DNA of 64,000 nucleotides from Gammaproteobacteria bacterium. Lineage in GTDB: Bacteria; Pseudomonadota; Gammaproteobacteria; Steroidobacterales; Steroidobacteraceae. The translations under genes and the position numbers were made by a program. The number at the start of each line of letters is the position of its first letter. Position 1 is the stretch's first letter. The stretch is from the NCBI GenBank assembly GCA_947455595.1, contig CANGOP010000015.1, positions 3,812-67,811 of the forward strand, in the 5' to 3' direction. The notes below the pieces were generated by a model. The model saw only the letters and a list, made by a program, of their open reading frames with translations. It was not told the origin of the DNA and searched no databases. Below, piece by piece: positions 62,804 to 64,000 of the stretch.

Positions 62804-64000
62804 TTGACTCAATCCGAGCCCATTGGAACGCTCGATGTTGCGTTGAATCATGCAACTCGCATGCTGGGGTCGCAGCCGGCGATGGCTGCGGAGCAGGCGT
62901 CGGAGATCCTGAAGGTCGTGCCGGGCCATCCGCATGCACGACTGCTGCTCGGCGTCGCGCGCCGAATTCTCGGTGATGTCAGCGGATCACTCGAGTTGTT
63001 AGAGCCACTGGCGACTGAACAAGTTCGCTCGGCTGCATCCCAGCTTGAATATGGCGTTTCGCTTGGCCAAGCCGATCGTTTAGCTGAGGCAGTGTCCGCG
63101 CTGCGCCGTGCTGTACAACTCGCACCGGATCGTCCGGATGCCTGGCGGCAATTAGCCGATCATTTGGATGCCGCAGGGCAGGCCAACGAAGCTGATCAGG
63201 CACGCGCGCGGTTTCTGAAGGCGGCCAACCGAGATCCTCGTTTGATGGCCGTGGCGAATGCGGTGGTGGCCAATGACTTGCCGACTGCCGAGTCGTTGCT
63301 GCGCGATCACCTGCGTGACCTCCCGACGGATGTTGCCGCACTGCGCATGTTGGCCGAGGTAGGCGCGCGACTGCGTCGCTATGCGGATGCGCAAACGCTG
63401 CTCGAGCGCTGTCTCGAACTGGCCCCGAGCTTCCACGCCGCGCGACACAACTATGCGATGGTGCTGTACCGGCAAGCCAAGTCGGAACTCGCACTCGCGG
63501 AAGTGGATCGGTTGCTCACGATTGAGCCCCGTAACCCAAGCTATCGCAATCTGAGGGCCGCGGTACTCGCCAATCTGGGGGATTACTCGCAGTCCCTCGA
63601 GTCGTACGAGGCGGTGCTACAGGAGTATCCCGACCAGCCCAAGATCTGGATGAGCTACGGACATGCACTGAAAACGGCGCGCCGTATGCCCGAAGCGGTG
63701 GTTGCCTATCGTCGCGCCATCGCGTTGCGTTCGGAGTTGGGTGAAGCCTATTGGAGTCTGGCGAATCTCAAGACCTTCCGATTCACCGCTGATGACATTG
63801 CAGCGATGCAGTCTGGATTACAGAAGGAAGGTCTCGAAGAAGACGATCGCTTGCATTTTCAGTACGCGCTCGGCAAGGCGTATGAAGATGCGGCGGATTA
63901 CGCAGCCTCCTTTGCCCACTACACGCAGGGCGCCGAGATCCGTCGTCAGATGGTCGCCTATGAGGCCGACGAGACGACCGCGCAGTTGCGTCGCATGCAG
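62804..64000 (+). CDS. TPR-repeat protein, 5' part (runs off window; likely the TPR plus sulfotransferase type)
   Basis: Open frame of 399 codons to the window edge, so it is absent from the track. Multiple TPR-like A..Y..A.......P repeats. TTG 62804 follows GAGGGGAG; ATG 62861 is an alternative. The C-terminal domain is not visible. Confidence 0.7.
   Translation, partial: MTQSEPIGTLDVALNHATRMLGSQPAMAAEQASEILKVVPGHPHARLLLGVARRILGDVSGSLELLEPLATEQVRSAASQLEYGVSLGQADRLAEAVSALRRAVQLAPDRPDAWRQLADHLDAAGQANEADQARARFLKAANRDPRLMAVANAVVANDLPTAESLLRDHLRDLPTDVAALRMLAEVGARLRRYADAQTLLERCLELAPSFHAARHNYAMVLYRQAKSELALAEVDRLLTIEPRNPSYRNLRAAVLANLGDYSQSLESYEAVLQEYPDQPKIWMSYGHALKTARRMPEAVVAYRRAIALRSELGEAYWSLANLKTFRFTADDIAAMQSGLQKEGLEEDDRLHFQYALGKAYEDAADYAASFAHYTQGAEIRRQMVAYEADETTAQLRRMQ

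Overview
GC-rich gammaproteobacterial chromosomal core. The lineage guess (Xanthomonadales/Nevskiales-like) is inference only, based on gene content and order. The window is almost wall-to-wall conserved housekeeping genes. Order: 3' end of the spc ribosomal operon (rpsN' rpsH rplF rplR rpsE rpmD rplO secY rpmJ); alpha operon (rpsM rpsK rpsD rpoA rplQ); purU; pepQ; an Ala/Pro-repeat lipoprotein; a GNAT; uvrA; an MFS transporter; ssb; miaB-ybeZ-ybeY-corC-lnt; an AspC/TyrB aminotransferase; leuS-lptE-[4 inserted genes]-holA-nadD-rsfS-rlmH; maf-rng-yhdP-CN hydrolase-tldD; an ExeA-like AAA+/FHA fusion; purEK; yjgA/pmbA; yihY; purC; djlA; an Xre/DUF2384 antitoxin-like gene; rpe; crp-like; coq7; rplM-rpsI-tRNA-Gln; an acyltransferase; rpiA; a 21-codon Lys-rich micro-ORF; an EVE-domain gene; 6S RNA; zapA plus a coiled-coil partner; ygfB-pepP-ubiH-ubiI; phhB-ispG; an arginase-family gene; and a truncated TPR protein. 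I recognise no rRNA, CRISPR array, IS/transposase, integrase, prophage or known defence island. I do not see a convincing multi-gene novel system. The best leads are: (1) a promoter / Lys-rich micro-ORF / strong terminator unit directly upstream of rpiA that has attenuator architecture; (2) a cytoplasmic ExeA-type AAA+ ATPase fused to an FHA domain downstream of purEK; (3) a four-gene, translationally coupled insertion splitting the conserved lptE-holA pair, starting with a small HExxH/Cys-rich protein; (4) a ~65-residue Lys/Ala/Pro-rich extension on RsfS; (5) an orphan antitoxin-like gene with no toxin; (6) 6S RNA followed by an EVE-domain gene instead of the usual ygfA. All functional calls rest on motif and synteny recognition by eye. 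No database search was run.
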